Positions 22,414 to 34,310 of a stretch of DNA of 40,459 bases are shown piece by piece (positions within the stretch are counted from its first letter, which is position 1; the number at the start of each line of letters is the position of its first letter). A program made the translations under genes and the position numbers. This DNA comes from Octopus bimaculoides (lineage: Eukaryota): positions 55,406,070-55,446,528 of the forward strand of contig NC_068992.1 of assembly GCF_001194135.2 (NCBI RefSeq), in the 5' to 3' direction. The notes under the pieces are model-generated. The model was not told the DNA's origin and did no database searches. It was given only the letters and a program-made list of their open reading frames with translations.

Positions 22414-23635
22414 AAATATATGTATATACATGGATGCACACAGACATCACCGGCGGTGCAAAATGAAGCATGAAATTGTATCTAAATCCACCTGGAATGT
22501 TATACACGAGAAAGAGTGTTATGGCGGCCATATGAACGACACACCGGAAGAAGAATGTATCCACGTTCTTAAAAAAAGTAAAGAATACCGGTAGAGCATT
22601 CCACTAAAAACAGGTCAGATATGTGAGAAGGATTAAAAATCATACTCACTTGGGTAGATCTGCCATCTGGTGGATATCTATGGAAAATTCATGAGAAACC
22701 TACCATTCTCTTATCCAACCTTTCTATTTTCCTTTGTACAACAGATTCAATATATATCTAAAAATGCCGGGATTCTCTAAAAACATCAAGCTCATTCACA
22801 TTCTACCAGTGCTCCACGTTAACCACAAATTCTGGTTGAAAAGGATATAAGAATAACAGAAAAATAAATTGATTCCCATTCTCCGAGTAATATTGATCAA
22901 TAGTATAGGAAAAATTTGTAGTCCAAGGATTCGTTATTTAAGGTTACTGGAATGAACACATAAAATGAGACGTACATATGGAATACAGAACAGACATACA
23001 CACGCAAAGACACGTGAACAGTAATGAAACACACTGGATTACGTATTAGAACGGCATGCACACCCACTTCGTAAGAAGTGCAAGCTTATCCACACATGGA
23101 CATATACAAATACTCGTGCGAATATATACACACACAAATATCCACAGCTCCCAAGTGCCTGGGCGTTGCCACTTCGTTATTTAGTAGCTTGAGTTCCGCG
23201 AAGGAAAAAAAGTTGATAAATTTAGCAGCAACTCAACATAACATACACACGTACGTGTATATATGGAATCGGAAAGATAATAAAATATAACAAGTACTGA
23301 GGTATCTATTGCGATTAAATTTATCAGAGAGTGGAGGACTTCCGTGATTTATAGCATTAGGCGAGAAGACCTAGACATACGCAAATATGCTACAAAAGCA
23401 TGAAACAAAAGCGAAAATTCGAATGAATATATATTTTCAGAAAGAAAAAGAAAAACAGATATAATCAGTTATTATCGATATTATATACCTATACTTTCCA
23501 AAAGATTGACTCCCTTATGGCACGATGAAATATCTATCGATCGGAAGAAGAAAAAGTTAATTTCGCATATCACTCATGGACAGGGGACTTGAATGTTGCA
23601 ACAAAAAGAATTACCACCTTACAATACCCTGTATA

Positions 23636-23714
<79 letters not shown>

Positions 23715-24714
23715 NNNNNNNNNNNNNNNNNNNNNNNNNNNNNNNNNNNNNNNNNNNNNNNNNNNNNNNNNNNNNNNNNNNNNNNNNNNNNNNNNNNNNN
23801 NNNNNNNNNNNNNNNNNNNNNNNNNNNNNNNNNNNNNNNNNNNNNNNNNNNNNNNNNNNNNNNNNNNNNNNNNNNNNNNNNNNNNNNNNNNNNNNNNNNN
23901 NNNNNNNNNNNNNNNNNNNNNNNNNNNNNNNNNNNNNNNNNNNNNNNNNNNNNNNNNNNNNNNNNNNNNNNNNNNNNNNNNNNNNNNNNNNNNNNNNNNN
24001 NNNNNNNNNCATATGCATTTTTCATACATATATGCATTAAATGCATGTCTATATATATAAATGAGTATATGTGTGTGTGTTTGTGTGTGTATAAAACCAC
24101 ATGTTCAGATATGTATATATTATATATATACACACATACAAATATGTATGGATGAATGTATGTATGTATGTATGTATGTATGTATATGTATGTGCGTGTA
24201 TAGGCAGAGAAGACTTATGTAAGATACAAGCAGAAATGAGTTAATGGAAAAAAATTCATATTAGAAAATAAGACTAGTAAATTTCCCTCGAAACACAAAG
24301 CTATTCAGTGAGATTTCAATCAGTTTCTTTCTGTCTCTCTTTCCCTCCTTCACTCTCTCTTACACTCCCTCCTTCACTTTCTTTCTCTTACTCTTTTGCC
24401 CCTCTCTTTATTACACCATTTTGTTTCTATTCAGTATTAAGTTTATCAATTTTTTAATCAGGTGCAAGTGTTTCAAGCAATCTAGAAAGATTGCGGTGGA
24501 TGAATATAAACATTAATGTAAACTTATATATAGAATTCAAGTAATTAGAATAAATGCTTTTCTGTAGATAGTTTAGAGTAAATGAAGCATACACTGATGA
24601 GGAGAAATATTAGATAATACTTCCAGTAATATTATATATAGCCTAAATTACCGAATTTCAAACCAGAAAGAAGTGGATATACTTTACTGCGCTTCTCATC
24701 AACATAATTGTGCA

Positions 24715-24905
24715 AGCGTAGTATCAAAACGTCGAATAGATTCTCCTAACGTATTTAAGTAAAGTTACTTTATGTTTTGAGTTCAAATATCGCTGAACAC
24801 GTTTTGCCTTTCAATTGTACATCATCGATGAGTTAAAATATATCTCAAAGGCTGTGTCGGTGTAATCTATTAAAGCATTTTCCTCAAAATCTTTGTTCAT
24901 GCTAG
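24715..24905 (+). mobile_element. Highly diverged SINE family A copy
   Basis: TTATGTTTTGAGTTCAAATATCGCTGAACACGTTTTGCCTTTCA...TCGGTGTAATCTATT keeps the B-box and central blocks. Confidence 0.5.
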
Positions 24906-25332
24906 AAATCAAGAAAATTACAGCGAGAGGGTGCCGAGGTTCTTGAAATATTTTCAAAGAAATAGAATTAGGTTTCAATATGTTCTGGATTCATTGGTAT
25001 TGAGGTAAATTTTATTTGTTATGAGGATGAATACAAACGTTAGTATCTATGTAATCGAATGAACGATTCCCAAACTACTATTAATTCGTAAAAGGTAATA
25101 ATGGTTTTGTATTTCGACTTAACTAACGTTTCACAATTTCATTTTTCATTTCTCTAATATTTAAAACACCACTAGCTTCTCCTTTTCCCAAATTATAGAT
25201 GGTATTAATGAATGGAAGTAGCTTAACTAAGAAGTAAAAGGGTGTCCAAGTGTAGGCTCACTTCGATATGGTCCCTTTATATACGTTTTTCCTCTCGTTT
25301 TTAAATTCCAACCATATATGTAAGAAACAGTA

Positions 25333-25548
25333 CGAGGTGTACTGAAAACGTCTTGGCTTTGCATAAGAGAAAATACAGAAGGATCAGTTAATTATGATTT
25401 TATTCAACATATTCTCTTCCCAGATTCATACGCTTATTCCAGCGGTGCTTCAATTTGTCTAAGCCATGTAAAAGAACTTGGAAGATTGGGTCTCCAACTA
25501 CAATTTTCCTGATAACTTTAAAGCCAGGAACTTTTCAGCGTCCCCTTG
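25333..25548. mobile_element. Mariner-derived MITE (~216 bp)
   Basis: TA|CGAGGTGTACTGAAAACGTCTTGGCTTT ... AAAGCCAGGAACTTTTCAGCGTCCCCTTG|TA: imperfect ~28-bp TIRs with TA on both sides. Confidence 0.8.
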
Positions 25549-27062
25549 TATACGTGCTATATCAAAAGAATAAATACATTAAAGTGCATTTTTCCTTTGT
25601 ACAAAGGACATGACAGCGTCTTACGCAGCGCACTCTTTCTGCTACGCTGGAAGAAGGCACTGAAAAGCTGCATGAATTGAAGAGAGGGGAATTTTCTGAA
25701 TTCCTAATAAATTTTGGAGAAGATGTAACGACAAAATAGATGAAAAAAAAAAGAGAGAAGGCTATGAGATGAAAACACTGAAAAGGATAGAGTTGATGTA
25801 ATTAAGATTGTTAAATTCCATATTTATATTAATGCTAACAATGCATAGGTAAGCGACTATGTTGAAAATAATGTGTCAGTTTGTTTCCGTTAGAAGTTAA
25901 ATGAGGCATCTAAAGTCTAAATATGTGTAAATTTATGAGCATCCATACACTTTCGAGGGCTTACAGTTTCAGTTCATAAACTGTTCGAACGCGTGTAAAG
26001 GTAAAAGTATGAGGAAATTTATGAGTTATAGAATTTAATTTAGTTAGATCATTTAGAAAGTCATATGAAATAAAAAGAGATACTAACAGAGTATTAATGT
26101 TAAATTAGTTGAGTATAATGGGGATTAATAAGGTTAAGTTCATGAAGTTATATGAATTCATTCGAAATCGAGAAATTCCAAGAGATTACTGTAGAATTAC
26201 GATAAGAGCAGATTAGAAGTTCCAAGTAACGGTAATCATGAAACAAAATCTACTCAAAAGTTGCAGGTAATAGTATTATAAAGCCAGGTTGTCTTACCAT
26301 TTACAAGTATCTGGCGTTTGCGAATATGGTAGAGAAATATATAAAAATGGAGATTAAGCTGAAAATGTCATATTGCAAATATTATAATGAGCTCTACAGT
26401 ATTTTTTAAACTAAAAGCACTTGATTGATATGTATATTGATTTAGTGTAATTACGTTAGAATAGAGAACGGAAATAGTTTAAACACCGTAATACCCCATT
26501 GCATAAATCATTCAAAAGGACATAACTAATAACTTTAATGTATATGAGGAAAAGGTATGGTAAAATGAAGAAAATGTAAGACGACCAATTACTTGTACAA
26601 ACATAAAGTGACTAATAATTATATATATATTTATTCAAAATCAATTTCAGTTCATGTGTAACAACATAGGATTACATTTCGATATATAAAGAATTCATTA
26701 CAGTAAAACAGATCAATTATGGACTGAAAGCCGTTAAAAGTATAAGAACATACGTAAGCATACGATAAAAGATAGAGTTTGGGTATACTTAAACTTTTCA
26801 AAAATGCATTCAGCTTCAGGTAAATTTCTTGTGAAGATCGGTAATGTTTCTAGTTCACAAATGAATTTACTGCTCCAGCGGGGTTATTTTAGCGTAGGGT
26901 TAATGAAGGAGTTCAAAGAATAGGAGCTTAAACAGAAACGAGGTTTTCATAGGAAAAATAGGTGTTACAATGAATAGCAAAGTAAATATATGAACAGTAA
27001 ATGCTTAAAGATTTATTAATAAATAAGTTTAATAGTTATTGATAAAAATGATTACAGATTAT

Positions 27063-27250
27063 TGGTTTTCAAACTGTGGCACAAGACCAACAATTTTGGG
27101 GGACGAGATAAGTCAATCAAATCGACCCCAGTGTTCAATTGATATATATTTCATCGACGCCGAAAGAACGGAAGTAAAGTTGACGCCGGTGGCATTTCAA
27201 CCCAGGCAAAATGCTGCTAAGCATGTTAAGGATTCTGTCGGGTCACCGAC
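27063..27250 (-). mobile_element. SINE family A copy (internally shortened)
   Basis: TGGTTTTCAAACTGTGGCACAAGACCAACAATTTT..AGTCAATCAAATCGACCCCAGTG..GCTAAGCAT..GATTCTGTCGGGTCACC is the reverse complement of family A blocks. Confidence 0.75.
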
Positions 27251-27504
27251 TTAAGTTCATAGGTTATTGACAGCTAAAGTGATTATACGATAAAAACTTA
27301 ATATTAAAATGTGATTGTCTTTGAGGTCATGCTTACCAATATATATACCAACAAGGAGAGGACAAATACCAGCTAAAACAAAAACATAGTTCTCAAATCT
27401 GTCCTACTTACCAAATTTACTCCAGAACTTTGTAAAATTTTCTGTCTCACAGATTTTGCTTTACTTTCTTAGATTTCCTTTCGCCTTGTTTTACTTATAC
27501 ACCC

Positions 27505-28550
27505 AAAAGATATGGGCTTCACATTCTTTCGTATTTGGTCACATATGCGATAAACAAACTCTCAGTTCTTATTCAATGCATTGGATACATTCCCTTTAAG
27601 TTTTGTATTTAATATTGGTCAGTGAAAAATAATATATTTCAAATAAATATGCTGCTGAGATTCGAATCAATCCCACAAAAGAATCTTAGCTTTTGAAAGA
27701 AAACTAAAATTCCTTAAAAGTGAGTTGTCCTTACTTAATTTTAAATAGAAACTAACACTTCTTTAGATAATTTCAAACCAGCATCAACTAGAATTTTTAT
27801 GAAAGCATTTTGAATTCACTGCTGCAAGGTGTTTAATGAAGAATAAATTCTCACATTCTCGAGACTTTCCAAATGCTTAACTATTACAAAAATCATTTTC
27901 TTTGTGTGAGTTTTACTTACCAAAGAAAACATTTCAAAGATACTTTTTTCTAACTTTTTTTCAAATTACTATTTTTTACCGAATTCATATTAATGTTCCT
28001 GTAGATTTGATCTGATTTCCGTTTTTAAACGCACATTTCTGCTCGGGTCGTTAAGTGCTTAACTATGCTTGTCAGTTATTCCCAGTTAAAATTTCATTAT
28101 TTACTTCAAAGGTTTTTTATAATATGTTTTCTAAAAATTTTCCTCGCTAAATAATGTAATGCTCTTTTGTTCATGCCGATAGAAAACTCCATCCCTCCTT
28201 GATAATCTTCTCACTTCGGTGAATAAAAGCGAATTCCTGTGCTGTAAATCATATCAATACAAATTTTCTCAAAGAAGGGAATCTATAATAATCTAGTTTT
28301 TATCGAATAACCATTTCGACGACGTCAATTCATCTCTCAATGATTTTGTAATCGAAGAGTCCTCTACGTTAAAAGCGGTGAATTGTAATAAAGTCTGGAT
28401 TTTGACCTTTCACGTATGGTAGTGAACAGGTAATTTCTTCCACAATATTCATTCATCTTGTTAGGTTTTCTTCGTTGAGATTATATAATATATCCTCGAA
28501 AACAGGTCCACTTTGCATTGTGAAGCAAGTCATAAACATCTTCTTTCCAT
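27505..28550 (-). pseudogene. Decayed hAT-Charlie/Buster transposase (C-terminal half)
   Basis: Minus-strand blocks occur in the expected order: VKGQNPDFITIHRF*RR (cf. THCxxHRE, 28361-28400), FFEKICIDM, LLFTEVRRLSR (cf. HTEVRWLS, ~28198-28230), KHLESLE..*IQNAF (cf. WIRNPF), SAAYLFEIYYFSLTNIKYKT*RE..E*ELRVCLSH (hATC dimerisation domain, 27541-27660). A possible TIR remnant CATAGTTCTCAAA lies at 27385-27397. Confidence 0.75.
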
Positions 28551-28558
28551 TGACAACT

Positions 28559-28596
28559 TTTATCTTTTACTTGTTTCAGTCATTGGACAGCGGCCA
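28559..28596 (-). mobile_element. SINE family B extreme 3' tail fragment
   Basis: TTTATCTTTTACTTGTTTCAGTCATTGGACAGCGGCCA is the reverse complement of the family B tail. Confidence 0.75.
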
Positions 28597-28661
28597 AAGA
28601 GAGTGTGGCGTTAAGAAATAGTCTGTATAAAGCTACTCTGTTCAGCTTATACAAAAGGTGA

Positions 28662-28988
28662 AAGCGGCAAGCTAGCGGAATTGTTAGCACGCCGGGGAAA
28701 ATGCTTAGTGGCATTTCGTCCATCTTTATGTCCGAGTTCAAATTTTGCCGAGGGGTCGATTTCGCCTTTCATCCTTCCAGAATTGATAAAATAAGTTCCA
28801 TCTGAGCTTTCCAGCGAATCTGCTGGCCTTGTACCAAAAGTTGAAACCTATATTACAACACTCGGTGAGCTGGCTGACTCGTTTGCATGCCGAGCAAAAA
28901 ATGCTTAGCGGCATTTCGTCATTTTTACATTCTGAGTTGAAGTTCCGCTGAGGGCGACTTTGCTTTGCACCAAAATTTAAAACCAATG
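28662..28988 (+). mobile_element. Two head-to-tail SINE family A copies (~28662-28855, ~28864-28988)
   Basis: Both begin G(C)GG(C/T)(A/G)AGCT(A/G)GC.GA.T(T/C)GTT(A/T)GCA(C/T)GCCG..AAAATGCTTAG(T/C)GGCATTTCGTC and end ACCAAAA(G/T)TT(G/T)AAA(A)CC; the second lacks the central domain. Confidence 0.9.
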
Positions 28989-29245
28989 TTATAAAGAAAC
29001 AAACAGCTCCCAGTCAATGTGAGAGATTCAGTTTCTTATAATTAGACTCCTACCTTATTTTCTCTGAAATATACGAATATTTTGACTCGAATATCTGTTA
29101 GGCGATGCGATCTCAAAATTTATGAAACAGTGATGCATGCTTCGTTCCAAAACTAGGAATATTTATGTTGGGTGTCACTTCCAGGTGCTATGATTAAATG
29201 TATTCTATCATAAACTGAGATTGAACAATGCCTTGTAAGTGAAAT

Positions 29246-29426
29246 CCTAACCCTAACCCTAACCCTAACCCTAACCCTGACCCTGACCCTGACCCTAACC
29301 CTGACCCTGACCCTGACCCCTAACACTGACCCTGACCCTGACCCCTAACCCTGACCCTGACCCTGACCCCTAACCCTGACCCTGACCCCTAACCCTAACC
29401 CTAACCCTAACCCTAACCCTAACCCT
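29246..29426. repeat. Interstitial telomeric sequence (CCCTAA)n with CCCTGA and CCCCTAA variants
   Basis: Pure CCCTAA units at both ends; the core is made of CCCTGA runs punctuated by CCCCTAA. Ordinary genomic DNA lies on both sides. Confidence 0.95.
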
Positions 29427-30510
29427 CCGTCGCTCGGATCCTCTTTGTTGTTGTGAGGAGGAAGAGTTAATAGGTCCCTCAGTTTCTTGACCCTTGGATG
29501 CGTTTAGCTAAGTCATCACGTTTGCAATCCTTTGGAATAGATCTCCGGTTTGAGGATAACTACGTTTCTGCTTTTTACAGTATTCACGGAGGCCATGTAA
29601 TACAGTTTACGCACAATGTTCTTCCTTTTCTGATTAAATAATAAAAGAAGTAATAATAATGCTATAATTACGCCTTCTTTCTTATATGCGTCTATCAAAT
29701 CTATTCGACAAATATATTTATTGCTCAGTCATTCTCATTTAAAACGATTCTACTAAATCACTTGCCGTTTTCAGTTAATATAGCATTCCGCCAGAGAGTT
29801 ATTCTTTTTCCTTTCGTAAGTGATCAGCTTGTAGTTATGTAGATCTGCAGGTGTCAATTTCTATGTTTATTGCACGGTACTTTTCCATAGACAGAAATTG
29901 ATCTGGTTACATTTTCTATTGAGAACGCTAACGCTTTGTTGTTAGGCCATTACGATATTCTCGAACGTAACAATCCAACATAAGTCTGCGGCAAAACAAT
30001 TAGTGTTATAGGTGGCGTTGCTTCCTATTCAGATGAGATTACATTATTGATGCCTTCTTTTGTCGAGAGCACACGGGATTTAGTAACCGTTAGTCTATCG
30101 GAGATTGTTCATCTAATTGTATTAATCAACCGCATAATAATCGCTTCCACTTATTTCAGTGTGTGCAAATAGTAAAGTTTCACATTATGTTATATATATG
30201 ACATCCCTTCATTAGTGAGTGAAATGGAATTAAATTCAACATAACATTGAGCGTTGGTTATTTCGTAGTAATTTACATTAGATCTATGATTCTTTCCTTC
30301 ATTAGCTCTTTAATTCGTTCGAAATCTAGCCGCCTTTCTTATGGTGATATACTGCTACAAGTTCCATTAGAGACACACTGCCACTTCGCTTTGTTCATTT
30401 CTATGACGAATCGATGTTTTCATTGTTATGGAAATTATTTCCTTGGTGTTAAATAGTTGAATTTCGTTGTGACAAAATTATCATTCAAAAAACCTTCGAC
30501 TTTATAATGT

Positions 30511-30540
30511 TTCTTTTTTCTTTTCACTTAGCAGGTAAGT
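30511..30540 (+). other. Candidate juxtaposed 3'/5' splice site (recursive splice point or 3-nt microexon)
   Basis: TTCTTTTTTCTTTTCACT-TAG-CAG-GTAAGT: long pyrimidine tract, NAGNAG, and a perfect donor. No transcript evidence available. Confidence 0.4.
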
Positions 30541-31218
30541 TGTGGAGGATTTCTTTATAAGATAGAGAAGAAGAAAAAATGCATTACTCTCGTTACAGCG
30601 ACTTTGCATAGCCATTTCTCTTTTAGAATCTATCCATGGCAGGCGGGACAGTGCATGAGAAGACTTAGAATCGCTTCTCTTAACTTCTCTACGTTCTCGG
30701 GGGAGTTTTATCAACCAGGTGCAAAAGAATGCTTATAAGATATATAATAACACAAGCATCACTCCACAACTATACGAAATATTATATACATTGCGGCACC
30801 ATGTTGAGTCACCATGTACGGGAACGTAATTTTAATTTTCTACCAGCCACTTCGACGTATTTTGAGTTGCCTTCTACAATTTCAGCAGTTCTTTGTCAAC
30901 CCTTACATTTTGTGATCGGGAAACACTGTAGTGCCCAACAATATGCAAAAATATTATATGTATTTTGACTATAACGCAGCACAACATCAACCTCTGTGTA
31001 TTGTATTGATATGAAATATAAGTATTTTGTAATGTGCTGAGCAAGGCTTTAGCGATGAAGTAGCTTATGTAGATTGGTTAGTGTCAAGTTGATGCTAATA
31101 ACTTAGGCATACTTTATTGGGAATGACATGACAGAAGGGTATCTTTCACAGATACATATCAATGTTATCTATGTATATATGTGTGTGTGAGAGAGAGAGC
31201 ATGCGTGTATTATGTGCT

Positions 31219-31250
<32 letters not shown>

Positions 31251-31944
31251 NNNNNNNNNNNNNNNNNNNNNNNNNNNNNNNNNNNNNNNNNNNNNNNNNN
31301 NNNNNNNNNNNNNNNNNNNNNNNNNNNNNNNNNNNNNNNNNNNNNNNNNNNNNNNNNNNNNNNNNNNNNNNNNNNNNNNNNNNNNNNNNNNNNNNNNNNN
31401 NNNNNNNNNNNNNNNNNNNNNNNNNNNNNNNNNNNNNNNNNNNNNNNNNNNNNNNNNNNNNNNNNNNNNNNNNNNNNNNNNNNNNNNNNNNNNNNNNNNN
31501 NNNNNNNNNNNNNNNNNNNNNNNNNNNNNNNNNNNNNNNNNNNNNNNNNNNNNNNNNNNNNNNNNNNNNNNNNNNNNNNNNNNNNNNNNNNNNNNNNNNN
31601 NNNNNNNNNNNNNNNNNNNNNNNNNNNNNNNNNNNNNNNNNNNNNNNNNNNNNNNNNNNNNNNNNNNNNNNNNNNNNNNNNNNNNNNNNNNNNNNNNNNN
31701 NNNNNNNNNNNNNNNNNNNNNNNNNNNNNNNNNNNNNNNNNNNNNNNNNNNNNNNNNNNNNNNNNNNNNNNNNNNNNNNNNNNNNNNNNNTTTACGAGAC
31801 ATCTGATGATGTGGTTTATTTTTCCGGGATACCCTATTGAAATGTGCATAGGTTTGGCTTATTGTGGTTGTTTCTGTTATTATAATTGTTGCTGCAATAA
31901 AGTATCTTCAATGCATTGATTTTGAGCTCTATCCTTTAAGAGAC

Positions 31945-31985
<41 letters not shown>

Positions 31986-32301
31986 CATAAATATATAGGG
32001 ATTGACAGTAACCTGCTTCTCCAACATACTGAGAATTCAGAAATAGCAGTCAAAGAACTACTGATTTCAAAACTACAAATTATTACTCCAGATTGATAGC
32101 ATATCTATATATCTATATTTATATATATTAATGTTTGCTTTTATGTTCAGTTATAACAACAATTTTACATTAATCTCATGGGTTACTCTATACTGTTGTT
32201 GAAATCAAATTTATTATTGTTGTACAAGAATGTAATATTTATGAATCTGCATACAAAATCGTTGCTGACTTCGAAGTTTCCGCCAGCTAAATCATCATCA
32301 A

Positions 32302-32338
<37 letters not shown>

Positions 32339-32920
32339 TGAGCACGTGCATTCACACGCCACGTGCGTGTGCGCGTGGGGGTGTAAATTGTTGATGTTAT
32401 CTTATCAATCTGGATTGGATTAGGATCGATCCTATTAGTCAGCACAACTACACTATGCCTGCAATGTTGGGCATTAGTTTGCTTTACTCTGCCCTGGATT
32501 GTTTATGAAGCTAGTCGTTCCGAATAGACTTTTTGTATTATACACTCAATGACTCGTTAATTTAGGGTGAATACTTTCAGCCACTCAATGCTGATTGCGA
32601 AGCAAGAGAAATATATAGACACCATTTGTAGAGATGTGGATGTAGTTGTAGTTTGTTACATATGTTACAAGCCACAATGGAATAAAAATGCAACCCAAAG
32701 TTCAGTTCCTAAATTGGATATGCCTAAATCCAGTTCTTTATTGTTTCCGCCACATCCTTAGCTTTATAACAAAGAAAAGACAGCCTATATTTCTTAAGTA
32801 GAATATTATTGAATTTATCTAAGTCATATTTCTTACCTTAACGGCTATTGGTTCCCCTCTAAGTATTCCTTTAAGAGATAAAAATCCTTTCTAAAATAAA
32901 CAAGAAGTTCTGAAATTTAG

Positions 32921-33026
32921 GAGAGGAAAAAAATCGATTACATTGATCCAAGTGCTTGATTGGTACCTAATTTTATCAGTCCCGAAAGGACTCGACGGAC
33001 TAAAGATTCTGCCAGCTCATCGCCTT
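32921..33026 (-). mobile_element. SINE family A copy (internally deleted)
   Basis: ATCGATTACATTGATCCAAGTG..TTGGTACCTAATTTTATCAGTCCCGAAAGGA..GATTCTGCCAGCTCATCGCCTT is the reverse complement of the family A central domain and head. Confidence 0.8.
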
Positions 33027-33750
33027 GTTTTAGAGGTAATAATATAATTTTGTCCGTTGCAATATTGTTGAAAGAATTATAGTTAGAGCAGTTATGTTAC
33101 GGTGCCAACTCTTCAAACATTTATGAAGCTGGATTCATAATGAGAAAAATAAATTGTGATCATAAAGGATATGAACGTTTGAATTGTTTTACACACACAC
33201 ACACAAGCACACACAAGCACACACACACACTCACAGACCCATACATACATATATATATTACAAAATAATAAATATTTACAAAAAATAATTCATGAATAAT
33301 ATGAGAAAAATTGCTGTATTAAAATAACAATTATCATAGAGAGTTCGTATCGATTTATATTTGGAGCTAATAATAAAAATAAAATTTAATGATAAATAGA
33401 AAACTCGATACATTTAAGAAAATTCATCTTGCTGAAATACTTTATCTGAAATAAAGGAAAATATAATCTGAAGTTTAAAAAAATTGTAAAGAATTTAAAA
33501 TAATCTTTCGAACGTTCTTTTGCACTTGAATGAATATTTTCTTCAAAAATATAGGAATTTTTTCACAACTGTTGCCCTCATGTTTGATATTCCTAGCGTA
33601 GATAAAGTAAAAGTAGTAGATTATTTAAAATCGTTTTCGTTTTCACTTCTTCTAGCACTTACTACTTGAAATCAAAGATTAGAAATAAATATACAGTAAC
33701 ACTAAATCGCCGTGCGTTCCAACGTTTCTATACAGTATGGCATCGGTTAC

Positions 33751-33935
33751 ATTTTACTTGTTTCAGTTACAGGAGTGCGGCAAAACTGAAGCACCACCTT
33801 TAATAGTTTGGGCACACACATAGATTTTATCGCTTATTTTGAAGATAGCTAGTAAATCTATCCATCTCTATTACCGAACCGGTATATTACAGAGACATAA
33901 ACAAACCAACAGCTGAGGGGTCAAATACGCAAACA
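33751..33935 (-). mobile_element. Diverged SINE family B 3' half
   Basis: ATTTTACTTGTTTCAGT..GAAGCACCACC..TACCGAACCGGTATATTACAGAGACATAAACAAACCAAC, followed by the CA/GT microsatellite that occupies the family's centre. Confidence 0.7.
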
Positions 33936-33974
33936 CACACAGACGTGCATACGCACATACATACACATGCGCGC

Positions 33975-34018
<44 letters not shown>

Positions 34019-34030
34019 CAGACAGTCAGG

Positions 34031-34032
<2 letters not shown>

Positions 34033-34087
<55 letters not shown>
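34033..34087. repeat. (GATA)n microsatellite
   Basis: Direct inspection. Confidence 0.97.
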
Positions 34088-34310
34088 GATATACGCGGCG
34101 GTTTATGTTAGGTGACTCAAACTATCAGATATGCACCTTGAGTGCTCAATTTGGTACGCCACTAGAACTCCGGTTTGAAGTGCAGTCGAGCATGTGATGT
34201 TGTTACTGCCTTTTTGAAGCAGCTACATGTGGCTTCTCTTTGAGCAGGTACGTATAGATTAAAGCAGAAATGAAAAGGCAAACCGTTTGGTAAGACTTGA
34301 CAAGGACATT

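Noticed and set aside
30627-30645. IYPWQ resembling the Hox YPWM hexapeptide
   Set aside because: It has Q instead of M, no homeobox is present in the window, and it would start rather than end an exon.
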